64,000 nt of DNA from Dehalococcoidia bacterium (GCA_965261665.1 OZ253467.1:1217926-1281925), one strand, 5' to 3'. Counted from the stretch's first letter, positions 8,939 through 18,274 are shown. Numbers and translations: made by a program. Notes: a model not told the origin generated them from the sequence alone.

Positions 8939-10309
8939 TCAATTGGGCTGGTAGATTTCGGTATCGGGGTAGAAATCCTTCCAGCCGAACCAGAAGGAGA
9001 GGGTGGTGGGTATCTGCTCCAGGTTCTTTCCGGCTAGTTCTCCCTCGACGGCTTCTCCGGTGAGGGCAAGCCAGCGAGTTTGCGTCTCGGTGTCTTGCAC
9101 GTATAGCGGTTCATCAGGTGAGGCTGCTTCGGGATTGAAAGGCTCGAAGGTGAGGGTCTGGTCGTCAACAACCCTGCTGAATACCACGCCGGCGCCGGAA
9201 TTAGCATCGAATGTTACCAGCACCGGCTCATCCCCTATGGCGTCGTTCACCACGGGCGTGTCGTTCAGGACGCTGAAGGGGTAGGCGCGGATTATGTCGT
9301 TATGGACCAGGCCGACGACATACTCTTTTGTGTACAGGCGGTTGTCGGTCCTGGTTTCGCCCAGAACGCCGGCGTCAGCGGCCTCATAGTATCGCGCATA
9401 CGGGTCGTTGCTTGATCTGCTTCCCTTTTCGAGGACGAGAGTGTCGGGGTGGAGCTCTGCCCACGTTTTCCAATCGGTCATCAGGGCGGGGAGGAGCTCC
9501 AGTTCGGTTTCCTTTAATTCTCCCTGGATGCCTCGACTCAAGAACTGGCTCCAGAGGGTATCAGTCTGGTGGTCGTACATGACGAGGGTGTTCATGACGA
9601 GCTTGCCGGATACGCCAAAGGTGAGGGTTTGGCTACCGATGTCGCGGGCAAAAACCATGCCCGTAAAGCAGAGGGGTCACCAGGTGGCCGCAATGGCCAC
9701 GCCTCCCAACTCGTCGTTGACGATTTCTCGGGAACTGAGGTAGGGAACGGAGTAGGCCTTGTGCTCACCGTTAATTGATACGCCGAGGACGGGTTCGTCG
9801 GCCAGGTACTGTTCCCACGCTTTGGTGGCGTCGATGAAAGTAGGGTCCAGGATGGCGGGGATACCGTCCTTGGGCAGGAGGGTGATGATTCTGAGGTTGG
9901 CGTCAGGGTTGTCGTCGGAGGGTGTGGGCGCCGGCGTTGGCGCAGGGGTTGTGGTTTGAGTGATGGGTTTGGGGGTGGCGGTAGTGGCTGCCGGCGTCGG
10001 GGTGCGCGGGGTTGTGGTGGGGGAAGGGGTAGAAGTAGAAGTCGTGGTAGGGCTGGAGGTGGAAGTGGGGGAAGGCGACGGCAGCGACGTGGGGCGGCTT
10101 TCGGGGGTTGGGGATGGCGATGGGCTTGTCGGTGGGACGGGGGTTGTGTCGGTGATGGAGAGCGTCGCCGGCGGAGGCGACGTGGATTCAACCGGCTGCG
10201 TCTGTGCTATGGGCTCCGGCGTGGGGGCTTGGCCGCATCCGCCTAGCGTCAGGGTTGACGCCAGGGCCAGCAGCGCGGCGGCCAGGGTGATTCCGCGAAA
10301 GTTCGTCAA
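8939..10309 (-). CDS. DUF3179-family lipoprotein with an in-frame UGA (9677-9679); candidate selenoprotein, or a pseudogene if there is no Sec decoding
   Basis: ORFs 9677..10309 and 8939..9658 share one frame and are separated only by TGA. Read-through gives ...VAIAATW[UGA]PLCFTGMVFARD.... The N-terminus has a lipobox (LTLGGC) and a roughly 110-aa Pro/Thr/Ser linker. The core carries PKDGIPAI...NGEHKAYS...LVMYDHQTDTLWSQ, typical of DUF3179. Confidence 0.6.
9645..9663 (-). promoter_or_regulatory. SECIS-like hairpin downstream of the in-frame UGA
   Basis: The mRNA reads UGA + 13 nt + CGGGCA-UGGUUUU-UGCCCG, a 6-bp perfect stem with GGU in a 7-nt loop. Confidence 0.45.
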
Positions 10310-10667
10310 TGGAGACCTCTCATTAGGGGAAAGGTGGTTGTGTTTGAAAGGGAAGCGTGGGCGCTTCGTGAAAGTCTATACGGAATCATTGAAAGAATGG
10401 ATGGGTTGGGAAGCTTTGGGGACTCATTTTTTTCGTTTTCGGTTGTTGCCGACTGGGAGGCATTCGATTTGGAAATCGAATCCGTGCCTGAGATCAATCG
10501 TTTTAGGCGTGGGATTCGTTTGAAAAAAGTCGGGGAATGAATCATGGGCGGAGGCAGCAGTGGGTCCGGGATGGTTGGAATTTATAGCTATTTGGAGGGT
10601 ATGCATGGATTTGTGGGAGGAGGGTAGCAGGGAAGGGGGATTTCGGCAATTGGAGGATGGCAGTGGG

Positions 10668-11100
10668 GGAGGGGTTCCTGCCCCCGTTTTCACGAGGGCA
10701 GGCTCTACGTGGGAACAACGGAGGGAGGGATGGGTCCCCGTCCCCCGTCTTCACGGGGCAGGATCTCGACGCGAGGACAAGGTGGGGAAGGGCGACAAGA
10801 TTTCTCGACTCCGCTGCGCTGTGCTCGGAATGATATGTGTGAGGTGGGGAAAGAGGATGGGGATGGATTTCCGCCGCGGCGGGAACAACGGAGGGAAAGA
10901 TGGGTCCCCGCATGCGGAGACCTTTGCATAACTACCGAAACGCATTCAGATAGTGGTGTGGGACGACTCTTGCCATAGCTAAATCATGGGATTCTGGATT
11001 CCGGCCTTCGCCGGAATGACGGATATGCAAAGGTCTCCATGCGCGAGGACACTGGAGGGTGCCCCCCTGAAGGGGGAGGGAAAGAGGGGGAGGGGATGAA
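10668..11100 (+). repeat. mosaic of short hairpin repeat families with a nested MITE
   Basis: ggttcctGCCCCCGttttcaCGAGGGCaggctct...gggaacaacgg is at 10671-10725, with related copies at 10727-10782 and 10858-10895. A gatttctcgactccgc...ggaatga element is at 10794-10836. A gggtccccgcatgc...gcgaggac element is split by the MITE. Confidence 0.85.
10916..11038 (-). mobile_element. 123-bp MITE, copy 1
   Basis: The terminal inverted repeats are GGAGACCTTTGCATAAC (10916-10932) and GATATGCAAAGGTCTCC (11022-11038). It is flanked by a 4-bp direct repeat ATGC (10912-10915 and 11039-11042). Removing the element and one ATGC restores gggtccccgcatgcgcgaggac. The internal gtcattccggc..ggaatccag hairpin is inverted relative to copy 2. 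Confidence 0.8.
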
Positions 11101-11210
11101 GGTGCCAATTTGTTAGGAAAGGGCATAGAATGTAGGTGTACGGTTGCGGACGCGCTCGGAAGGGCAACTTCCTTGTTACGACGGGACAGAGAAAAAGCAA
11201 GAAAGGTGGA

Positions 11211-12356
11211 ATGAACCTGATGGCAAAGGACGGCTTCAAGGTGGTGGACAGCGACATGCACGTGATGGAGCCCCACGACCTTTGGCAGAACTACATCGAC
11301 CCCAGCTACAAGGACCGTGCCCCCGTGTTTCGGGGTGACCCGCTGAGCCAGGGATTTGCCAATCGCTGGCACGTGGAGGGGAAGGTCTTTCCGGCTCACT
11401 CGGAGACCAAGGCCCGAACCGGGAGCCTCGCGGGCCGTCACGAGAACATCACGGACAGGTTCGCCGATGCCCGCGCTCAACGCTTCGACCCACCCTCACA
11501 GCTTCAGGCCCTGGAGGTGGAGGGTATAGACGTGGCAGTGCTTTTCCGAACCTTTGGCGCCCACGTAATTGCACTGGACGGCATGGACGGTGACTTGGCG
11601 TCGGCCATCTGCCGCGCCTTCAATGACTGGCTGTACGATTTCTGCGCCATTGACCGGCAGCGACTCAGGATGACGGCCCAGATGCCCTTGCAGGACGTTG
11701 AGTTGGCTGCTACGGAAGCTCGTCGGACCGTGAAGGACCTGGGCGCGGTGGCGCTGGTACTGCCATCCAATCCCGTGAATCGCCGTCCCTGGTATCATCC
11801 CTATTACGAACCCTTGTGGGCTGCTGCCGAGGAGTTGAATGTGCCCGTCTGCTTCCACGGAATCCACGGGGCGTATCAGCAGCACATTGGGAACCGCTTT
11901 CTGGATTCCTTTGTCGTCGCGCACGCCGCAACTCACCCAATGGAGCTGATGCTGGACCTGGCGGGGGTAATCTGTGGAGGCGTCTTGGAGCGCCACCCGA
12001 AACTTAGGGTGGGATTTCTAGAGGGGAATTGCAGCTGGCTGCCCTGGTGGTTGTGGCGGCTGGACGAGGAGCGAGAGATTTTTGGTCCCTGGGAGGCGGC
12101 CGACCTTGAGTACACACCTACGGAGTACTTCAAGCGGCAGGGGTACGCCTCGGTGGACGTGGACGAGTACCTGGGCGCTCATACGGTGGAACAGCTTGGG
12201 CCGGACAATCTGGTGCTGTCGACGGACTACCCGCACCACGATTCGGCATACCCACATGCTCTTGACGAATTTCTGGCAATGGACGGGTTTAGCAGGGAGA
12301 CGAAGAAAAAGATATTGTGGGACAACTGCGTAAGGCTCTATAATCTGCCAAGCTAA
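11211..12356 (+). CDS. amidohydrolase-2 family protein (ACMSD-like metal-dependent hydrolase/decarboxylase)
   Basis: VVDSDMHVMEP...NY, a later FHGIHG, and LSTDYPHHDS near the C-terminus. An AAAGGTGGA RBS precedes the ATG at 11211. The ORF extends to 11136. Confidence 0.8.
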   Translation: MNLMAKDGFKVVDSDMHVMEPHDLWQNYIDPSYKDRAPVFRGDPLSQGFANRWHVEGKVFPAHSETKARTGSLAGRHENITDRFADARAQRFDPPSQLQALEVEGIDVAVLFRTFGAHVIALDGMDGDLASAICRAFNDWLYDFCAIDRQRLRMTAQMPLQDVELAATEARRTVKDLGAVALVLPSNPVNRRPWYHPYYEPLWAAAEELNVPVCFHGIHGAYQQHIGNRFLDSFVVAHAATHPMELMLDLAGVICGGVLERHPKLRVGFLEGNCSWLPWWLWRLDEEREIFGPWEAADLEYTPTEYFKRQGYASVDVDEYLGAHTVEQLGPDNLVLSTDYPHHDSAYPHALDEFLAMDGFSRETKKKILWDNCVRLYNLPS

Positions 12357-12384
12357 AAATCGGAATCCAGGAGGCGAAAAGCCC

Positions 12385-14013
12385 TTGCAGCAAGGCGGAT
12401 ACAGAGCGGACCTAAGACAGTACGCGCCCGCCGTTGAGTCTGCTTTACAGGAAATCCAGGCGGGGGAAGTAGTCCCCCGCATCTGGGCCAAAGACCACAC
12501 GGTCTGGAGCCCGGACCCGACGGAGATCACGGACCGACTGGACTGGCTCCATGCCCCTCAAGGGATGCGGCGGCGGCTTGCTGACTTGGAGAGGCTGTCT
12601 GGGGAGATTAGGGGCGAGGGATACCGGCATATTGTGCTAGCGGGGATGGGGGGCAGCAGCGTGGGGTCGGAGGTGCTGCGAAGGGTGATAGGCTCCGGCG
12701 AGGGATATCCGCAGCTACTGATGTTGGACTCGACTTTCCCCGAATGGATTGACGGTCTGGTTCAGGAGATCGATCCGTCCAAGACTCTTTTTGTCATTTC
12801 ATCCAAATCCGGATCTACCCTCGAGACCGCGTGCTTCTACAGGTTCTTCCGGAAGCTGGTGGAGGACAAGACCGACGCGCCAACGCAGAATAGCTTCGTC
12901 GCCATAACCTGCCCCGGTACGCCGCTGGACCGGTTGGCACAGGACGATGGATTTCGGGAGATCATTTACAACCCGGAGGACGTGGGAAGCCGGTATTCCG
13001 GACTCTCTCCTCTTGGGCTGGCTCCGGCTGTGCTGGCGGGGATGGACGTGGCGCAGATCATCGGGTGGGCCGAATCTATGGCGGACACGTGCAAGCCGGG
13101 GACGTGTATATCTGAGAATCCCGGGGCGTGGCTTGGCGTCGTCATGGCAGTGATGGCCATGCAGGGACGGGACAAGCTGACGCTGGTGACTTCGCCCGCT
13201 CTGGAAAGCTTCGGGCTGTGGGTGGAGCAGATGCTAGCCGAGAGCACTGGTAAGGAAGGCAAGGCCATCGTTTCCGTGAGGGGTGAATCACCGCTCAGTC
13301 CGGAGAAGTACGGCCCCGACAGATTCTTCGTGTTCATGCAGTCGGCGGATGACAAAGACTCTGCATTGCACGAGACTATGAGGGCCGTGAAGGAATCGGG
13401 CCATCCCTGGGTGAGCATTGCGGTAGACAATCTTTACCAGGTGGGGGCCGAATTCTTTCGTTGGCAATTTGCCACGGCGGTGGCGGGCGCGGTGATGGGG
13501 GTCCATCCCTTCGACCAGCCCAACGTGCAGTTGGCCAAGGATATGACAAACTCAGTGCTGTCGGAGTACCGCAAGTCGGGAAGTCTGCCCGAGAGACAGG
13601 CGAGTGGGTCGGTGCCGGAACTGCTGGCCGATGGCGGTCCTGGGAGCTATGCGGCGGTGATGGTGTACGCTCGCCAGACGCCTGAGATGGATGAGGCGCT
13701 GGCTACGCTGCGGCGTAGAATCACGGACCGGTACGGGGTGCCGGTGACGTTGGGTTACGGCCCGCGGATTCTCCACTCGACGGGACAGATGCACAAGGGT
13801 GGGCCCGACGAGGGACTGTTCATCCAGATAACGTGCGACAGCCAGATCGACTTGGAAATTCCTGGTGAGGATTACAGTTTTGGTACGCTGGTTGAGGCTC
13901 AGTCCCGGGCAGACATTCGGGCGTTGCGGGCCATTGACCGTCGGGTGGCGCACATGCACTTAGGCGAGGTGAGCCCTGAATCGCTGAAGCGGCTGGCGTA
14001 CATGGCGATTTAG
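12385..14013 (+). CDS. pgi: glucose-6-phosphate isomerase (PGI of the type often fused to transaldolase)
   Basis: 542-aa ORF with IVLAGMGGSS, VISSKSGSTLET and GYGPRILHSTGQMHKGGP motifs. Confidence 0.8.
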   Translation: MQQGGYRADLRQYAPAVESALQEIQAGEVVPRIWAKDHTVWSPDPTEITDRLDWLHAPQGMRRRLADLERLSGEIRGEGYRHIVLAGMGGSSVGSEVLRRVIGSGEGYPQLLMLDSTFPEWIDGLVQEIDPSKTLFVISSKSGSTLETACFYRFFRKLVEDKTDAPTQNSFVAITCPGTPLDRLAQDDGFREIIYNPEDVGSRYSGLSPLGLAPAVLAGMDVAQIIGWAESMADTCKPGTCISENPGAWLGVVMAVMAMQGRDKLTLVTSPALESFGLWVEQMLAESTGKEGKAIVSVRGESPLSPEKYGPDRFFVFMQSADDKDSALHETMRAVKESGHPWVSIAVDNLYQVGAEFFRWQFATAVAGAVMGVHPFDQPNVQLAKDMTNSVLSEYRKSGSLPERQASGSVPELLADGGPGSYAAVMVYARQTPEMDEALATLRRRITDRYGVPVTLGYGPRILHSTGQMHKGGPDEGLFIQITCDSQIDLEIPGEDYSFGTLVEAQSRADIRALRAIDRRVAHMHLGEVSPESLKRLAYMAI

Positions 14014-14031
14014 CGGCGGGGAATGGGAGGA

Positions 14032-14056
14032 GGGCGACCACGAGGGTCGCCCCTAC
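14032..14056 (+). repeat. solitary REP-like hairpin
   Basis: GGGCGACCACGAGGGTCGCCCCTAC has a perfect 8-bp stem. Its CTA (14053-14055) serves as the TAG stop of the minus-strand CDS 14053..15015. Confidence 0.9.
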
Positions 14057-15015
14057 GAAGGGGAGAGAAGGAGGTCCGTGAGGGCTTGTTCCAGGTCTTC
14101 GTCTGTGATCAGCCCTTCGAACCTGTCGTGGATACGACGTTGGGCGTTGATGACGAAGACCCACGGCTCCGTGGTCAATCTCCACTCCAGAAACGCTGGT
14201 GTGGGAACCAACCGGCCCTGGTTCCGAGCCGTTTCGAGGTCCCACGGCTCTATGTGGATGAAATTCACCCTGTCGCCGAACCGTTCCTGAACGCGAACCG
14301 CCGCATCCAACACGGGGCCGCAGATGGCGCTGGTGCAGAACATGGGCGCACTCCATACGAGGACGAAGGGTTTTTCCTCCTGCAAGGCCTGGGCTACAGA
14401 TAGGGAATGCATGTTGTCGGGAGGTTCCCGGCTTTCTATCTCCTGGATGCTTGAAACGTCGTGCACGGTGAGATTTTGGATAGGCGGTGCAGCTTCCCCC
14501 ACGCCCGGAGCGGAGGGATCAGGCAAAACATTGAAGGCGAGGTCGCCCACCGCCGGTCCGGGAGCGTCGCCATTCGCCAAGGCGAATCTTGCCTGCCAGA
14601 CACCGGGGCTTTGGAAGTTAACTCTCGCTATGTATTGTCCGCGAACGTCCTGGTGCTTATGGACAAAATCGTCGTCGTGGAGATGGGGCGTCACTCCTTC
14701 CACTTCGCGATATTCTGTGTCTCTGCGGAACCTGTAGCGCCACTCCATATCCTGGAGGTAGAAGAAGCTAACGGAAATGTCAGCGTCTGCCAGGGGTTCT
14801 CCTTCCATGGACGCCAGGGCGAAGGGGAACCGGTTTTCGCCCACGACGAATTCGCTGGCGCCAAGAAAGGAGTTGTATTGGGGGAGCTGCTGCGAGGGGG
14901 CGCTGGGGGTGTCTAAGAGAAGCCAAACTGAAACTACAGCCACAAGTGCAAGAGTAATGGTCAGAACGGCTAGCCAGGGGCGACGGAGGTGCGCCCTTTT
15001 GAGTCTAGTCAACAT
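14053..15015 (-). CDS. membrane-anchored exported protein with a C-terminal thioredoxin-fold-like domain (CTSAIC)
   Basis: 320-aa ORF with an N-terminal TM anchor (WLAVLTITLALVAVVSVWLLL). The C-terminal region reads FVLVWSAPMFCTSAICGPV. The family is not identified precisely. Confidence 0.6.
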   Translation of the reverse strand: MLTRLKRAHLRRPWLAVLTITLALVAVVSVWLLLDTPSAPSQQLPQYNSFLGASEFVVGENRFPFALASMEGEPLADADISVSFFYLQDMEWRYRFRRDTEYREVEGVTPHLHDDDFVHKHQDVRGQYIARVNFQSPGVWQARFALANGDAPGPAVGDLAFNVLPDPSAPGVGEAAPPIQNLTVHDVSSIQEIESREPPDNMHSLSVAQALQEEKPFVLVWSAPMFCTSAICGPVLDAAVRVQERFGDRVNFIHIEPWDLETARNQGRLVPTPAFLEWRLTTEPWVFVINAQRRIHDRFEGLITDEDLEQALTDLLLSPS

Positions 15016-15450
15016 TAGGTTATAGGAACGGAGGATTTCTCGAATTGCTGGAAGGCACGGAGATGAGGCGAACTGACTAAGGCCACGCGAGAAAGTGAAA
15101 ACTGCAACTCCGCTTTAAGCAGGCAGTTGTTGTTTGTAGTGGGGTTGCTAGTGGTGATGGCCGCCCGAACCGGGCGGGGAGTCGGTGGGCTTTCAACAAC
15201 CGGGCTGGCCGTGGTTTCCGCAGCACAATTGAAGTCCAAATATCTTGGTGCAGTTGTTTCTCACGATTAGGCGAGTCTTTTCTGACAAGGGAACGGAGGC
15301 AAAGAGGTTTATGAGGAAACGACTTACTATCGCGACTACGCTCTTGAGAAACGACAAAGGAACGCCTTTCGAATGGTTCGTTCAATGATAACACGCTATG
15401 GTCGAAGGTGGCGGATTGAGGGTGTTTCAGGCCAAATGGAAAGGAATAAT

Positions 15451-15627
15451 GGATTCCTGCACCCGTCTTCATGGGGGGCAGGCTCTTCGTGGGAATGATG
15501 GGTGTGAGTTGGGAGGTTAGGGGGGTGACTTACGACGGGCGACCACGAGGGTCGCCCCTACAGGAGAGGGGGAAGGGTTCCCGCCCCCGTCTTCACGGGG
15601 GCAGGCTCTTCGCGAGAACAACGGAGG
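15451..15627 (+). repeat. composite repeat: GCCCCCG-hairpin element / linker / REP hairpin / GCCCCCG-hairpin element
   Basis: ggattcctgcacccgtcttcatggggggcaggctcttcgtgggaa; then gggaggttaggggggtgacttacgac; then GGGCGACCACGAGGGTCGCCCCTAC (15537-15561); then gggttcccGCCCCCGtcttcaCGGGGGCaggctcttcgcgagaacaacgg. The architecture matches the 133-bp unit at 57055-57650. Confidence 0.85.
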
Positions 15628-15800
15628 CGGGGGCGTGGGATGGGTGGCGCTCAGGATGACTTGTAGAGGATCTGGGAAGACGGGCGAGGGGGAATTTAGG
15701 GTTTGAGGTGGCGGATGGAGGGCAGGGCGCGACGGAGCAGAAACTCTATTGGTAATGACTATGGAGGGCGGGAGGCCATACGCCGAGGTTTTCCAGCGCT

Positions 15801-16832
15801 TCAGGTAGCGAGGGCACGGATTGAGGAGAGGGCGCGGATGGAGTCCAAGGATCTGGACCGGAGGATGCGGCTAAGGTCACGGTTTATCTTCTTGACCAGC
15901 CCGGGACCTTCGTAGACTAGGGCGGTGTAAATCTGGACCGTATCGGCGCCGTTTTCAAGGGCTTGGACCACGCCTTCGGCGCTGGAGATGCCGCCACAGG
16001 CGTTGACGGTCATGGCATCGCCGACTTCCCTTCGCACGTCGGCCACTATGCGGAGGGTGTCTGGGAGGAGGGGTTTGCCGCTGAGACCGCCGCGTCCCAT
16101 TTTTACTGCTGGTTCCTCCACGGGCCTGGTGTTGGCGGCGGTAATGCCGTCTATGCCCAGTTGGCGGGCGATGCGGACAAGGGTCAGGACGCCTTCCTGA
16201 TCGTGGGCGTCGTAGTAGGGTGGAATCTTGACGAAGAGGGGCGTAGTTCGGTGGCGGTTGATGCTCTCGAGAAGCTGTCGAAATTCCTGCGGGTCGTGGA
16301 ACACGCGCAGGCCGGCGGTGTTGGGGGAACTTACGTTGAGCTCGATACCTTGAGCTAACGGAGCGGCCCTTCGGTAGCACTGGGCGAATTCGTCGACGGT
16401 GAGACCGGAGACGCTGAGAATGAGGGGATTGGCCGAGTGTTTTCGAAGATTGGCTTCGACGGCGTCAATGCCACGGCTGGGGAAGCCGAGGGCGTTGACG
16501 AGGGCTTGCTGCCGGGGTCGGCGGAGCAGCCGGGGCCGGGGATTCCCGGGGTGGGGGTGGAGGGTTACGGTGCCGCCCACTACGTAGCCGAAGCCGAGGT
16601 TCTTGAGGGAATCGAGGTAGGTGCAGTCTTTGTCGCAGCCAGCGGCTACGCCCAGGGGGTTGGCGATGGGGATGCCGGCGATTGTTGTGTTGAGGGTGGG
16701 GTCCTGGGTTTTGTGAATGGGAGCCAGAAGCTTCCAGAGGAGCTTTCTTCGTAACGCCCACTCTCCCAAGGCGTGGGCGCGCTCGGGAGGGAGGGACAAG
16801 AGCAGAGGCCGCAACAGGCCCTTGTAGAGCAT
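15801..16832 (-). CDS. pyrD: dihydroorotate dehydrogenase (quinone), class 2
   Basis: 343-aa ORF with an N-terminal LLSLPPERAHAL helix region, GVAAGCDKD, GGTVT, NVSSPNT and a GGLSGKPL motif. Confidence 0.9.
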   Translation of the reverse strand: MLYKGLLRPLLLSLPPERAHALGEWALRRKLLWKLLAPIHKTQDPTLNTTIAGIPIANPLGVAAGCDKDCTYLDSLKNLGFGYVVGGTVTLHPHPGNPRPRLLRRPRQQALVNALGFPSRGIDAVEANLRKHSANPLILSVSGLTVDEFAQCYRRAAPLAQGIELNVSSPNTAGLRVFHDPQEFRQLLESINRHRTTPLFVKIPPYYDAHDQEGVLTLVRIARQLGIDGITAANTRPVEEPAVKMGRGGLSGKPLLPDTLRIVADVRREVGDAMTVNACGGISSAEGVVQALENGADTVQIYTALVYEGPGLVKKINRDLSRILRSRSLDSIRALSSIRALAT

Positions 16833-16891
16833 GGCCTAATTATGCCGTGTCAGGCCAGGATGTAAAGGGGCTACGAATTGCAGGGTTGGAA

Positions 16892-18274
16892 CTAGATTCC
16901 CGTTTCGTAGACGCCGAAGGTGAAGGCGAACAGGGAAAAGTCCGAGGAGTTGGAACTGAGCTCCAGGTCGTAAGTACCGTACTCCGGCGCTTCGACTACG
17001 GCGTAGAGGCGGGCCTTATCCACGATGAGATAGCTCTTGCCATCGTCCTCGATAACGACGTCTTCGCCCTTGTTGAACTCGTTGAGATATTCGCCGTCGA
17101 GCTTGACCATGACTTTGAAGGTCTCGTCGCGCTCCGGGGTAAGCACCACGTTGACACTCTTGGCGGCGAAGCGCAGAAGCATATAGTCTTCGTAGTTGTT
17201 GGTATCGCGGGCGTGCCGCAGGCTCTCCCTTTCGGCCAGCCAGGAGCCCTGGAGATAGAGGCTGTGGGTGTCTCGATCGCCGGCGTCGGTGTATTCGACG
17301 ATCTGGTCCTTGGACTTGCAGTAATCCTGGGCGGCTATGGAGCTGTTGGCGTAGAGGCTGTAGAGGCTGCAGCTCCGGTCGTAGCCGCCGTAGAGTTCGG
17401 CGGTTATCTCTGCGCCGATGGAGTTCTTGAAGGCGAAGTCCAAGTCCTGGTTAGGGGCGGCCAGAGGGGCAACAGCGGAGAGGTTGACACCCGTCTCTTC
17501 TATGAGCTCGCGAATCATGGTCTCGGTTTCAGCGTAGGCTCCTTCGCCGTAGTGCTGGTAGCGGATAACGCCGTTCTGGTCGATGAGGTACTTGGCGGGC
17601 CAGTAGCGGTTGTTGAAGGCGTCCCAGGTGTCGAAGTTGTTGTCCTGCACAATGGGCCAGGTGAGGCTGTAGTCGGAAACGGCCTGACGGACGTTGTCAA
17701 TGTCATGCTCGAATTTAAACTCCGGGGTGTGGACACCGATGATAACGAGGCCATCGTCGGCGTACTTGGAATGCCAAACCTTGAGGTAGGGAAGAGTGCG
17801 GATGCAGTTGACGCAGGTGTAGGTCCAGAAGTCTATGAGGACTACTTTGCCGCGCAGTTCTTCTAGCTTCAGGGGGTCCGAGTTGACCCATTCCTGGGTA
17901 CCCACCAGTTCCGGGGCTAAGGGGCCCGTCGGCGGGGGTGGCTTTGGAGCGGGCTCGGGCGTCGATGGGGTGGGAACGGCGGTGGCGGTGATTGCTGGGG
18001 CTTGCGTGGGTGCAGACGTGGGGGCGGGGGTAGAAGCGGACGCTTGAGTGGGTGCGGGGGCCGGTGTTGAAGCGGATGTTTGAGTGGGGACGGAGGTGGG
18101 GGAGGGCATGGCTGTGGCCGCGGCGGCAGCGGTGGGACTGGCAGTTTGGGTAGATTGGGGCGCCGGGGTGGAAGTGGGGCGCTCGGACGAACAGGAGGCG
18201 ATGAGAAGGAGCGCCAGGGTGAGTAGGGAAGCAGCTAGAAGCAGGGTAACCTTCGGTATGCGGGCAGTTGTCAT
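16892..18274 (-). CDS. DipZ-like exported thioredoxin-domain lipoprotein
   Basis: It has a lipobox (LLIASCSS) and a roughly 100-aa Pro/Thr/Ala linker. The thioredoxin domain reads VVLIDFWTYTCVNCIRTLPY (CxxC), followed by a C-terminal beta-rich domain as in the DipZ C-terminal region. Confidence 0.8.
   Translation of the reverse strand: MTTARIPKVTLLLAASLLTLALLLIASCSSERPTSTPAPQSTQTASPTAAAAATAMPSPTSVPTQTSASTPAPAPTQASASTPAPTSAPTQAPAITATAVPTPSTPEPAPKPPPPTGPLAPELVGTQEWVNSDPLKLEELRGKVVLIDFWTYTCVNCIRTLPYLKVWHSKYADDGLVIIGVHTPEFKFEHDIDNVRQAVSDYSLTWPIVQDNNFDTWDAFNNRYWPAKYLIDQNGVIRYQHYGEGAYAETETMIRELIEETGVNLSAVAPLAAPNQDLDFAFKNSIGAEITAELYGGYDRSCSLYSLYANSSIAAQDYCKSKDQIVEYTDAGDRDTHSLYLQGSWLAERESLRHARDTNNYEDYMLLRFAAKSVNVVLTPERDETFKVMVKLDGEYLNEFNKGEDVVIEDDGKSYLIVDKARLYAVVEAPEYGTYDLELSSNSSDFSLFAFTFGVYETGI

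Noticed and set aside
8939-10309. The DUF3179 gene could be a simple pseudogene split by a nonsense mutation.
   Set aside because: This is not fully excluded but is considered less likely. The stop is specifically TGA, it falls exactly at the conserved Cys of the CPLC motif, it is followed by a well-placed hairpin, and there are no other lesions. It is kept as a Sec candidate with a stated alternative.
15016-15450. This stretch could be tmRNA, RNase P RNA or a riboswitch.
   Set aside because: I could not find GGGGCUGA-type 5' ends with a tRNA-like 3' end, the GAGGAAAGUCC RNase P core, or common riboswitch cores on either strand. It is left as unassigned.
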